NCBI GenBank assembly: GCA_963753975.1
Contig: CAVWEH010000001.1
Coordinates: 1-64,000, forward strand
DNA length: 64,000 nt
Direction: 5' to 3'
DNA from: an uncultured delta proteobacterium
GTDB taxonomy: Bacteria; Desulfobacterota; Syntrophia; Syntrophales; Smithellaceae
Shown here: one piece after another, positions 53,342 to 62,844 of the stretch
Layout of the letters: each line of letters begins with the position of its first letter
How positions within the stretch are numbered: the stretch's first letter is position 1
The notes under the pieces: model-generated
What the model was told of the DNA's origin: nothing
Databases searched by the model: none
Seen by the model: only the letters and a program-made list of their open reading frames with translations
Position numbers and translations under genes: made by a program

Positions 53342-53419
53342 CAAGTGTAAATCGCACATACCGGCGAAACAGTGAACACATCCCGCTTCGTTTAAACTTG
53401 CGGGATATATTTCGACTAA

Positions 53420-53561
53420 CAAGTTTCAGTGCGCTTCGTTTCTGAAATTTGAGTCTCAATACAGCTTACAAGTTTCAGATCGCTTTCTTCCTGAAACTTG
53501 AGTTTCATTAATTCGAGTATAATTTTTGCTACGCGTTGCTTGCAAAAATTAAGTCTCATTA
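53420..53561. repeat. Three tandem ~50-bp hairpin units in the ribBA-ribH spacer
   Basis: Units start at 53420, 53469 and 53520. Each has a 10-bp stem, a 12-nt loop and a trailing AGTYTCAWTA. Confidence 0.7.
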
Positions 53562-53578
53562 AAGGATGGTAATAAATC

Positions 53579-54043
53579 ATGCCAAAAATAATTGAAGGAA
53601 AAATCGTTGCCAAGGGAATGAAGTTTGGCATTGTGGCCAGTCGTTTTAATGATTTTATTTGCAGCAGGTTAATCGACGGGGCTATCGATGCGTTGATGAG
53701 AGCCGGCGCGGAGGAAAAAGATATTGCTATCTATAAAGTGCCCGGTTCCTTTGAATTACCGCTCACGGCGAAAAAATTGGCCAAAAGCAACCGCTTTGAC
53801 GCAGTAATTTGTCTGGGAGCCATCATTCGCGGCGCGACCCCGCACTTTGAGTTTATCAGCGCCGAAGTGTCCAAAGGCATCGCCAGCGTTGGCCTGGAGA
53901 CCGAAGTTCCGGTGGTATTCGGCGTATTGACGACGGATACGATCGAGCAAGCCATTGAACGCGCGGGAACGAAATCCGGCAACAAAGGCGCTGACGCGGC
54001 AATGACGGCAATAGAAATAGTTGATTTATTTAAAAAGATTTAA
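53579..54043 (+). CDS. ribH: 6,7-dimethyl-8-ribityllumazine synthase
   Basis: [20 protein letters not shown] and GNKG motifs. Confidence 0.97.
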   Translation: MPKIIEGKIVAKGMKFGIVASRFNDFICSRLIDGAIDALMRAGAEEKDIAIYKVPGSFELPLTAKKLAKSNRFDAVICLGAIIRGATPHFEFISAEVSKGIASVGLETEVPVVFGVLTTDTIEQAIERAGTKSGNKGADAAMTAIEIVDLFKKI

Positions 54044-54122
54044 GGCCAAACCTCTTTCTACAGGGCAATCAAACGGCTAAGAGGCAATTTAAATCGCAGT
54101 TTTATGAGGTTCGGGATTTTAA

Positions 54123-54581
54123 ATGCGCGGACGCAGAAAGGCACGGGAAATTGCCTTACAGGTTCTTTACAGTCTAAACTTTGTAAATATTGATGTGCAA
54201 AAGGCACTCGATCTTTTCTGGGGCAATTTTGTCGCCCCGAAAACAGCTAAAGAATTTGCCGCGGCTTTAGTGCAAGGTACATGGGAACACAAGGATGAGC
54301 TGGACCGGCTTATCGCCGGTTGTTCGGATAATTGGTCTTTGGGACGAATGTCCAAGGTGGATATCAGCATTTTGCGCATGGCCGTGTTTGAATTTCTCTA
54401 TTGTGACGATATTCCGCCGAAGGTTACCTTGAATGAAGCTATTGACCTGGGCAAGATTTTTGGTTCGGAAAATTCCGGATCTTTTATCAATGGCATCCTG
54501 GATGCGCTCAATTTAAAATTAAGCAATAAAAAGAATGCAAATACATCTATCGACAGAACCGCCCGACCTGCCAAAACATAA
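54123..54581 (+). CDS. nusB: Transcription antitermination factor NusB
   Basis: RRKAREIALQ, NEAIDLGK and FINGILD motifs. Confidence 0.96.
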   Translation: MRGRRKAREIALQVLYSLNFVNIDVQKALDLFWGNFVAPKTAKEFAAALVQGTWEHKDELDRLIAGCSDNWSLGRMSKVDISILRMAVFEFLYCDDIPPKVTLNEAIDLGKIFGSENSGSFINGILDALNLKLSNKKNANTSIDRTARPAKT

Positions 54582-55086
54582 ATGTCTGGCGTTGGGTATT
54601 TTTTCCGATGAAAAACCGCCGCGCGGAATTTGTGGATTTATCGATTGGCGTCTCAACGGCTTGATTTCGAGAGAAATTAAACAAGGAAAAATCGGCGGAA
54701 AATTCGCGGAAAAGGTTATTATTCCCTTCCCTCAGCGCATTGGGACGGAAATTTTAATGCTCTTCGGTTTGGGGAATCGCGCTACGGCCAATCAGGATAG
54801 GATTCAAACCGCTGCTTACCAAATCATCAGCGCCGTAGACGCCCTGCTGCTGAATAACTTTGCCTTTGACCTGCCGGGAGAAAACCGTATCAGCATGGAT
54901 GCGGCAGATATCGCCCAAGCTATGGTCACAGGTTTTTTTGACTATCTGTCTAAAGATGAAGAAAAGCTCTCCAAAATGTCTCCCTGTATGATTACTTCCT
55001 CCGGCCATTTGAAAGAAGTATCGATGGGCATCAAGAATTTTCAGGCTAAAGTCAGGAACATTGGTACTGTTAAAATCGTCACTTAA
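54535..55086 (+). CDS. M17 peptidase N-terminal-domain-like protein
   Basis: FSDEKPPRGICGFIDWRLNGLISR and LFGLG; no catalytic domain. Confidence 0.65.
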   Translation: MQIHLSTEPPDLPKHKCLALGIFSDEKPPRGICGFIDWRLNGLISREIKQGKIGGKFAEKVIIPFPQRIGTEILMLFGLGNRATANQDRIQTAAYQIISAVDALLLNNFAFDLPGENRISMDAADIAQAMVTGFFDYLSKDEEKLSKMSPCMITSSGHLKEVSMGIKNFQAKVRNIGTVKIVT

Positions 55087-55194
55087 AAAACATTTTTACC
55101 TAAACATTTAATTCCGGCTGTGCGGAAGGACATCTTGTAGTGAAGATATCGTTCCGACGGTGAGCGGAAGCTTTAATTGCACAATCTGTAAATT

Positions 55195-55475
55195 ATGAGC
55201 AACGATAACTTGAACCCCGCCGGCTCAAAAAATAAATACCTGCCCTCTTTGCCCCGCTGGCGGAGGTGGTTAAAATGTCTTCAGGCCGAAAGTATTCCCT
55301 GGCCCGGCTGTTTCTTTTATAACGCTGTCAGCACGACTGGTATATTCCAAAAACACTACGACCTTACTGCCAAAGATATCACCAGATATTGTTCCACGGG
55401 CAAATTACTGGATATCGGTACCGGCCCCGGCTGGCTTTTGCTGAAATTGCATCAGCTTGCCCCGGCACTTGATTT
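55195..55475 (+). pseudogene. Truncated class I SAM-dependent methyltransferase
   Basis: Motif I LLDIGTGPG, then similarity ends after about 15 codons. Confidence 0.7.
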
Positions 55476-55540
55476 TTCCCCTCCTAGCGCTAAAACTATT
55501 CAATATTCAATCTTATCTGTGGTCGGGAAACGCAAAAGTC

Positions 55541-57175
55541 TCATCTGGGCATAATGTATTTTTGTTCGTCTTTAGGCACGTACCACTTGATAAAATTATA
55601 ATCGAGGCCGATTGGCGCGGGTGTAATACCGCGAAAGCGGTTGCTGATGATGATCAATTCCTCCGGCACATAAAGAAAGGTATAGGGCTGCTCTTCCGCC
55701 AGTATTTCCTGAAACCTATCATAGTATTTTTTTCTTTCCTTTTGGTTAAAGGTGCTACGGCCTTCATCCAGTAATTCGTCGACTTCTTTGTTCTTATAAG
55801 AGATGAAGTTCAATTCTTCCGGCGCGGTTTTGCTGGAATGCCAGACATCATAAGCATCGGGATCTAAGGGAATAGTCCAGCCCAGAATGACAGCGTCAAA
55901 GCGCCGCTTATTGATAAAATCGTTCACAAATGCCGCCCACTCCAGTATTCTGATTTTTACATTGATGCCTATTTCTTTTAGCTGTCGTTGAATTATTTCC
56001 GCGCATTTCTGGCGCGTCTCATTTCCCTGATTAGTGATTATCTCAAAAGCAAAAGGTTGGCCGCCTTTTTCTAAAATGCCGTCGCTATTGACATCGATCC
56101 ATCCGGCCTCGCGTAAAAGTGCTTTTGCTTTCTGAGGATTGTAGGAATAGGTTTTAACGTTGCCGTTATAAGCCCACGTCCCCGGTTTGTAAGGGCCTGT
56201 GGCCGGCTTACCCAGGCCCAGGAGAACCCCGCTGATAATTTCCTCTTTATTAATGGCGTAGGAAATTGCCTGACGAACTCTTTTGTCAGTGAAGAGCGGA
56301 TTTTTTAGATTGTAGCCGAGGTAAGTGTATTTAAAACCGAGGTAGCGATACTTGTTAAAATTATTTTTGAATAAATTATTTTCCGTCTGCCGCGTGTATT
56401 GCAGCGGTGTTAAGTCCATATAACTGATGCCCTGGGCGCGCAATTCCAGAAACATGGTGGCCGTATCCGGAATGATACGGGTGATATAACCGTCAATGTA
56501 AGGACGCCCTTCAAAGTAATCGGGATTGGATATAAGAACAATTTTTTGGCCGGCAACCCATTCTTTAAACATATAAGGGCCGGTGCCGATAGGCCGGCGC
56601 TTAAGGGGGCTTTTCGTTATATCACGCCCTGCCAGAAGATGTCGGGGCAGGATAGCGCTGCCCCAGCTAATCAGCGCCGGGGCAAACGGCTTGTCATAGG
56701 TTACGCGGAAAGTATAATCGTCGAGAATTTCCGCCTTTTTCACTTTCAGAAAATCTCCCGAATAAGCCGTTGGCGTTTTCGGATCAACTGTCACCTGATA
56801 AGTGTAAAGAACATCGGCGGCGGTAAACGGATGGCCGTCATGCCACTTAACTCCTTTGCGCAAATGAAAGGTGATGACGAGGCCGCTTACGGAAATTTGC
56901 CAGGATTCGGCCAGATCGCCGACAATATTCATATCTTTGTCATACTTCACGAGACCGTTATAAACCAGCCCGGCAATATTGTGCGACGGCGAATCGGAAG
57001 CAAGCAGTGGAATCAAATTGCTCGCATCTCCGATATCACCCCGGACCATTATATCGCCATAGGCGGGAGGTTTTACGGACAATTGCTGCGGCTTTTCTTC
57101 TGTATGCTCTTTGCCGCAAGCGAGAAGCATTATCAGAGTCAAAAATGAAATAATTAAAAAACGAATCATACGCAT
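55541..57175 (-). CDS. Peptide ABC transporter substrate-binding lipoprotein (family 5)
   Basis: Lipobox LLAC; LRKGVKWHDG, PIGTGPY and VRQAISYAIN motifs. Confidence 0.93.
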   Translation of the reverse strand: MRMIRFLIISFLTLIMLLACGKEHTEEKPQQLSVKPPAYGDIMVRGDIGDASNLIPLLASDSPSHNIAGLVYNGLVKYDKDMNIVGDLAESWQISVSGLVITFHLRKGVKWHDGHPFTAADVLYTYQVTVDPKTPTAYSGDFLKVKKAEILDDYTFRVTYDKPFAPALISWGSAILPRHLLAGRDITKSPLKRRPIGTGPYMFKEWVAGQKIVLISNPDYFEGRPYIDGYITRIIPDTATMFLELRAQGISYMDLTPLQYTRQTENNLFKNNFNKYRYLGFKYTYLGYNLKNPLFTDKRVRQAISYAINKEEIISGVLLGLGKPATGPYKPGTWAYNGNVKTYSYNPQKAKALLREAGWIDVNSDGILEKGGQPFAFEIITNQGNETRQKCAEIIQRQLKEIGINVKIRILEWAAFVNDFINKRRFDAVILGWTIPLDPDAYDVWHSSKTAPEELNFISYKNKEVDELLDEGRSTFNQKERKKYYDRFQEILAEEQPYTFLYVPEELIIISNRFRGITPAPIGLDYNFIKWYVPKDEQKYIMPR

Positions 57176-57263
57176 AAAAACAAATTAGCGCAGCAGCTTC
57201 GCCATTGCAATAAAATTTTACAAGTTGTAGGATTATTAATCCCCATCGCCTCACCGGACTTTT

Positions 57264-58832
57264 ATGTTTAAAAAGAAGAAAGGCACATCACCGGGAATAA
57301 ACCAGCGCTCCGAATCATTAAAAATGAAGGCGGCCAGCGGTTGGGATATTCTGGCTGATTCTTTTAAAAATTATAGCGCCAATGGCGACGCCAATCAGGC
57401 GGCGGCAGTTGCTCTCTATACAATCCTTTCGGCTATTCCGCTTTTTATCCTGACAAGTATTGTTGCGGGATATATTTTCAGCTCATATCCGCACATTCAA
57501 GGCGATATAATCTATGCCATCAGAGGTTTTCATCCTTATTTTTCCGAAAAGCTCGTGGCGCAGTTAGGCCAAATTGAAAGTAAAAGGCATTTGCTGGGCT
57601 GGGTGGGGCTGCTGGGATTGGTATGGCTTTCCGCGATGATTTTCAATTCCTTGGAAAAGGCTCTAAACATTATTTTTCGTTCTCAGAAAGAGCGCAATTA
57701 TTTTGTCTCCAAGCTGCTGGCCATTTCCATGATCCCTATGGGATGGATTGTAGGCACGATCAGTGTTGCTATCAGCTATGTAGCCGCCCTGCTGGTGAAC
57801 ACGCCTGCGGAAATAGCCGGTGGAATTGACATTTCTCTTTCCGCCATGCCGGGAGCGTTATTGCGTTACGGTGTTCCTTATTTAATCACGGTTATTTTCT
57901 TTTACTTCGTTTATCGGGTAATACCCGCGGCAAAAATTCGTTCTTCTGTTGCTTTAGCCGGCAGCGCTATTTTTGCCCTGCTTATGGAAATCGCCAAGCA
58001 GCTCTTCACTTGGCACATCGCCAATTATACTCGTTACAATGTAATATTTGGTTCTTTGGAAGCAGTCGTCATTCTGGTTATCTGGGTATTTTATCTAGCT
58101 CTTATTTTTCTTTTTTGCGCGGAGCTTATGTCCTCGTATCAGCGCCGTAATCTGATATTATTAGAAAGAGTAATGCTCAAACCCCGCAAAACAAACATGA
58201 AAGTTGACGAACGGCTCTTTAAAAAATTCGGCCGCGTCTATGAGAAAGACAGCATCATCTTTAACGAAGGCGACAGCGGCCACGAAATGTTTTTTATCCT
58301 TTCCGGACGGGTTCGTTTGGAGAGGGTTTCCTGTCAGGTAAAAAAAGTAGTGGCCGAAATGGAGGCTGGACAATATTTTGGTGAAATGGCCGCGCTCATT
58401 GATATTCGCCGCAGCGCTACCGCGCGTGCGCTTGCGGACAGTCATCTGGCGGCGATTGATGGCGATACGTTCCGTGATTTGATGAGAGAAAGCCAGGAAG
58501 TCGGTATTGTCATGCTCCAGGAATTTTCCCGCCGCTTAAAAAAATCAAACACGGCCCTTGACGAATTAACCAACCTGTGGACACGTATGGTTATTGTAAT
58601 TTATTTTATGGATTACGCGCAGGTTGTTATTGAAGAGCACTTGCCGAGACTTACACTGCTCACTCATAAAGAGACAGCAGAAATCAGGGAATTAATAAAT
58701 GAGCTTGCTCTGCAGAATATATTTATCATCAAGGACGGATCGATGATGGAAGTGGCCAGAGCAAAAATGTGGTCACTGCTCGATTCCGGCGCGCTCAGTA
58801 GATGTTTTATCGAAGACGCAGACAAAATCTGA
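57264..58832 (+). CDS. YihY/BrkB-family membrane protein fused to a cyclic-nucleotide-binding domain
   Basis: AAVALYTILSAIP, LEKALNIIF and YNVIFGSL...WVFY, then IFNEGD, FFILSGRV and YFGEMAALIDIRRSATARA. Confidence 0.88.
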   Translation: MFKKKKGTSPGINQRSESLKMKAASGWDILADSFKNYSANGDANQAAAVALYTILSAIPLFILTSIVAGYIFSSYPHIQGDIIYAIRGFHPYFSEKLVAQLGQIESKRHLLGWVGLLGLVWLSAMIFNSLEKALNIIFRSQKERNYFVSKLLAISMIPMGWIVGTISVAISYVAALLVNTPAEIAGGIDISLSAMPGALLRYGVPYLITVIFFYFVYRVIPAAKIRSSVALAGSAIFALLMEIAKQLFTWHIANYTRYNVIFGSLEAVVILVIWVFYLALIFLFCAELMSSYQRRNLILLERVMLKPRKTNMKVDERLFKKFGRVYEKDSIIFNEGDSGHEMFFILSGRVRLERVSCQVKKVVAEMEAGQYFGEMAALIDIRRSATARALADSHLAAIDGDTFRDLMRESQEVGIVMLQEFSRRLKKSNTALDELTNLWTRMVIVIYFMDYAQVVIEEHLPRLTLLTHKETAEIRELINELALQNIFIIKDGSMMEVARAKMWSLLDSGALSRCFIEDADKI

Positions 58833-59033
58833 CATTGACTTTAGAAATAGTCTATCCTTGGACCGATGAGTTAAACGATTCTTACTTCCTGAAATATTGC
58901 TTTTCTCATTTTCCTAATTCACACAACATTTTAATCGGAAATAATCAAAATACTGCTGGACTCTAATTTAATGTGTGATAAACACTTCTAAAAATCCTCC
59001 GGAATTTGGATTGAATATAAGGACAAAGAAACA

Positions 59034-60794
59034 ATGCCAACTTTACGAGGAATGTTGAACCCGGAAACAACCCAAAATAAGAATTTGACTTCGGTCTTGA
59101 TTTGTCTGGCGCTGGCGATACTCACGGTTATCATTTTTTGGTCCCTCAAGGACTGTGGCTTTATCAACTTTGATGACGATTTCTATGTATATGAAAATGC
59201 TTATGTACAATCCGGCCTGAACTGGAATAGTGTAATACAGGCCTTTTCATTTGAATTGGTAGAGATAAGCGGCAATTGGCATCCATTAACGTGGCTGTCA
59301 TTAATGTTTGACCATCAAATCTTCGGCCTTAGCCCGTCCGGTTATCATCTGATAAATCTTCTCTTCCATGTTATGAACACCATCCTCCTTTTTCTGGTAT
59401 TACGCCAGATGACAAAGACACTCTGGCCAAGTGCCTTAGTGGCCTGTCTCTTTGCGATACATCCTCTCCATGTAGAGTCTGTCGCCTGGATAGCAGAACG
59501 CAAAGATGTTCTTTCAACTTTCTTCTGGATGCTTACCATGGGAGCGTACAGCTATTATGTTGAACATCCGGGAGTTCGTAGGTATTTTCTTGTCCTTCTG
59601 TTTTTTGTCCTGGGTCTGATGGCGAAATCCATGCTGGTAACCCTCCCTTTTGTATTGCTGCTTTTGGATTACTGGCCCTTGCGGCGTTTTCAGAAAATAA
59701 AACCAGATCCCAAAGTTCAAGCTGAAGTGCCCAAGCGGTCAACGATCTATCCGCTATTCCGGGAAAAAGCCCCCCTTTTTGTCCTGGCAATACTTTCAGG
59801 GATAGCAACATACATCGCACAACAGAATAAAGGATATGTGCAATCTCTTGAATTATTTCCCCTATCTGTTCGGATTGGGAATGCCTTCGTTGCCTATATC
59901 ATTTACATTAAAAAAATGATCTGGCCCAGCAATCTTGCTGTTTTTTATCCCCATTCAAGTTTATTAGTACCTTGGCAGGTTTTGGGATCCGTATTCCTTC
60001 TCATCGCAATCACCTTAGTAGTTATCTGGAGGGCAAAGAAATTCCCTTATCTGGCAACAGGTTGGCTATGGTATATAGGTACACTTGTGCCTGTTATCGG
60101 TATCGTAAAGGTCGGCAATCAGGCCTTGGCGGACCGGTACACTTATATACCCCTGATAGGGTTATTCATCATAGTGGCATGGGGTGTTCCGGATCTCTTT
60201 AAAAAATGGAATCACCGAAAAGAAATATTTTGGACATCAGCTGCATTGAGTATTTTGTGCCTTTCAATTATTACCTGGACACAAGTCAACTACTGGCGGA
60301 ATAATATTACACTATATGATTATACCTTGAAAGTCACTGAAGATAATTGGATCATTTATAATAGCAGGGGCAATGCCTATAAAGGCCTCGGCAATTACAA
60401 GCAAGCGATTGAGGATTATAACAGGACGATCGAGATCAAACCGAATTGTGCGGTGGCTTATTATAACAGGGGTATTGCCTATTACAAACTCGGCAATTAC
60501 AGACAAGCGATTGAAGATTATAGCGAGGCGATCGAAATCAGACCGGCTTATGTAGAGGCTTATAATAATCGGGGCACTGTCTATAACATCCTCGATAATT
60601 GCCACCAAGCGATTGAAGATTATAACAAAGCGATCCAGATCAAACCGGGTCATGTAAGTGCCTATAATAACCGAGCCCTTATTTATCTAAAACAAGGCGA
60701 TAATATCTCCGGATGTCGCGACGCACGAAAAGCATGCGAACTGGGGAATTGTAAATTATTGGAATTCGTAAATACCAGAAGATTATGCCGCTGA
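59034..60794 (+). CDS. TMTC-like GT-C glycosyltransferase with C-terminal TPR repeats
   Basis: FINFDD, WHPLTWLS, HPLHVESVAWIAERKD and ADRYTY motifs; 4-5 TPRs (AYNNRG...AIEDY). Confidence 0.88.
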   Translation: MPTLRGMLNPETTQNKNLTSVLICLALAILTVIIFWSLKDCGFINFDDDFYVYENAYVQSGLNWNSVIQAFSFELVEISGNWHPLTWLSLMFDHQIFGLSPSGYHLINLLFHVMNTILLFLVLRQMTKTLWPSALVACLFAIHPLHVESVAWIAERKDVLSTFFWMLTMGAYSYYVEHPGVRRYFLVLLFFVLGLMAKSMLVTLPFVLLLLDYWPLRRFQKIKPDPKVQAEVPKRSTIYPLFREKAPLFVLAILSGIATYIAQQNKGYVQSLELFPLSVRIGNAFVAYIIYIKKMIWPSNLAVFYPHSSLLVPWQVLGSVFLLIAITLVVIWRAKKFPYLATGWLWYIGTLVPVIGIVKVGNQALADRYTYIPLIGLFIIVAWGVPDLFKKWNHRKEIFWTSAALSILCLSIITWTQVNYWRNNITLYDYTLKVTEDNWIIYNSRGNAYKGLGNYKQAIEDYNRTIEIKPNCAVAYYNRGIAYYKLGNYRQAIEDYSEAIEIRPAYVEAYNNRGTVYNILDNCHQAIEDYNKAIQIKPGHVSAYNNRALIYLKQGDNISGCRDARKACELGNCKLLEFVNTRRLCR

Positions 60795-61181
60795 TTTAAT
60801 AAGCATACTCTATCATTAATTACAGATAGTAGTCCTCACTTCAATTCAAAATTGAGAATATTTATTTGTAGGTGAAGTAAAGTATCGTAATTATAATCTA
60901 GCTTTGATCAATTAATAAGTTTTGTTTAAAAATAAAAAAGGGGCATGATTAGAAGTAAAGAATTCCGGCAGGCGCTGAATAAGCATCGTTTCCGGCGCTT
61001 TGCCGTGGCTTAATCTCCCTTTTGCCATCCTCTATAAACCTCTCAAATCGCCTCTCCGAATCTTCTGCAGTATCTCTGTTTGTTTTATCAGTCGCCTTCT
61101 ATCATTAACTTCTAAACCGGGCAGTTTATATTCTACACAACCGGACATATTATGTGCTTTTTAGAATTACCATATTATTTC

Positions 61182-61232
61182 TTGACAGATTCAACGGACA
61201 AATATAAATATGTTGTCATGACAACATATTTA
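61182..61232 (+). promoter_or_regulatory. Promoter with MarR operator
   Basis: TTGACA at 61182 and a perfect 28-bp palindrome TAAATATGTTGTCA|TGACAACATATTTA (61205-61232). Confidence 0.85.
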
Positions 61233-61256
61233 GAAAAATGAACAAAAATTGTTTTA

Positions 61257-61709
61257 ATGAGAAAAAAGATCAAACCATTATTTTTAGATGAATCGCTAGG
61301 GTTCTGGCTATACCGTAGCCATATTCAAGTATCCGCTGCTTTGCGCCAGGCGTTTCAGGATGCAGGCTATGATTTAACACCGGAGCAATGGGCGGTGTTG
61401 TTGCGTCTGCGGGAACAAGAAGGACTGAATCAAAGTCAATTGGGAGAAAAGACTTTCAAAGACCGTCACAACATTACCCGCATTCTCAAACAACTGGACA
61501 AGCGGGGATATATTGAAAAACGTCATGATAAAAAAGATAAACGCGCTTTTCACGTTTATTTAGCTCCGGCGGGGCGCAATATTTTAAAGGAATTGAAACC
61601 CATGGTATTGAAGCACCGTAATCGGGTGTGTAAAGGTTTTAGCAAAGATGAGTTGTTAAAGATTCGTGATTATCTTGGACATATAGTTAATAATCTGCGG
61701 CGTTCGTAA
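61257..61709 (+). CDS. MarR family transcriptional regulator
   Basis: LTPEQWAVL, ITRILKQLDKRGYI and DKR motifs. Confidence 0.94.
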   Translation: MRKKIKPLFLDESLGFWLYRSHIQVSAALRQAFQDAGYDLTPEQWAVLLRLREQEGLNQSQLGEKTFKDRHNITRILKQLDKRGYIEKRHDKKDKRAFHVYLAPAGRNILKELKPMVLKHRNRVCKGFSKDELLKIRDYLGHIVNNLRRS

Positions 61710-61790
61710 TTATGATAAATAATGCATCGGAATAGGTAAATTTAAGTTGATGCAAATAAATAAAATAGTTTCAAAGTTAGAAGGAAAAAT

Positions 61791-62837
61791 ATGAAAAAAT
61801 GGGGATTCAGAATATTTGCTGTTACTCTAATCGCGGCGGCGGTTGTATATGGAATTGTGTATTTCATTCACTCCCTCTCTCACGAAAGTACTGACGACGC
61901 ATATGTGTCGGGTACTATTGTTCCCATTGCCGCTGAGGTAAAAGGCAGGGTGGTTAAGGTGTATATTGACGACAATCAATATATTGATGCCGGAAAGCCA
62001 CTCTTGGAAATTTACCGGCAGGATTATCTCGATCTGGTTAAAGAAAAAAAAGAGGCTATATACAGATTGACTTCCGAAGAAAATGAGCATGCAGCAGCTA
62101 TTGAGGAAAAAGAAAAAACTCTGACCAAAGCACGAGCCAATCTGGATGTAGCGATAAGCGAAGAAGACCTGGCGCAAAAGGAAGTGCAACGTTATGAAAG
62201 TTTGCTGAAAAAAGATGCCATATCCCAAAATCAATATGATCAAGTAAAATCGCGCTGGCAGGTAACGGTCGCCCGCCGCCAGGCTGCTGCTGCCGCTATC
62301 GATGAAGCGGAGGCTGCGGTCAAAGCTATCAAGGCAAAGTACGCGACTCAGTCTTTTAGAATCAAGGAAGCACAAGCAACAAAAAATCTGGCTGAGCGTG
62401 ATTTGGCAAGGACTGTCGTTATCGCGCCTATCAGCGGCAGAATTGCCATGAAAAATGTCGATCCGGGGAAATATGTGATGCCGGGGCAGGCTCTGCTTGC
62501 TATCGTAAAAGAAGATATCTGGGTAATTGCCAATTTCAAAGAAACTCAAATAACAAAAATGACGGTCGGCCAGCCGGTGGAGATTAAAGTTGATGCCTAT
62601 CCCTCAGTAACCTTCTCGGGCCATGTCGACAGTCTACAGTCCGGTACCGGTTCCGTCTTCAGTTTACTCCCTCCGGAGAATGCGACAGGCAATTTTGTGA
62701 AAGTTGTGCAAAGGGTTCCGGTTAAAATTGTTATCGATTCCAAATTCGACCCACGACATCCTCTGTGGCCGGGTCTGTCGGTTGTTCCCACTGTTGATGT
62801 AAGCCGCCAGACTGGGCCAAAATTGTTGAAACAATAG
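61791..62837 (+). CDS. emrA: HlyD/EmrA-family membrane fusion protein
   Basis: STDDAYV, ANFKETQ and LLPPENATGNFVKVVQRVPV motifs. Confidence 0.92.
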   Translation: MKKWGFRIFAVTLIAAAVVYGIVYFIHSLSHESTDDAYVSGTIVPIAAEVKGRVVKVYIDDNQYIDAGKPLLEIYRQDYLDLVKEKKEAIYRLTSEENEHAAAIEEKEKTLTKARANLDVAISEEDLAQKEVQRYESLLKKDAISQNQYDQVKSRWQVTVARRQAAAAAIDEAEAAVKAIKAKYATQSFRIKEAQATKNLAERDLARTVVIAPISGRIAMKNVDPGKYVMPGQALLAIVKEDIWVIANFKETQITKMTVGQPVEIKVDAYPSVTFSGHVDSLQSGTGSVFSLLPPENATGNFVKVVQRVPVKIVIDSKFDPRHPLWPGLSVVPTVDVSRQTGPKLLKQ

Positions 62838-62844
62838 AGGTTCC

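Noticed and set aside
60340..60680. ~102-bp DNA repeats (CAAGCGATTGAAGATTAT)
   Set aside because: These are the 34-aa TPR coding repeats, not an independent element.
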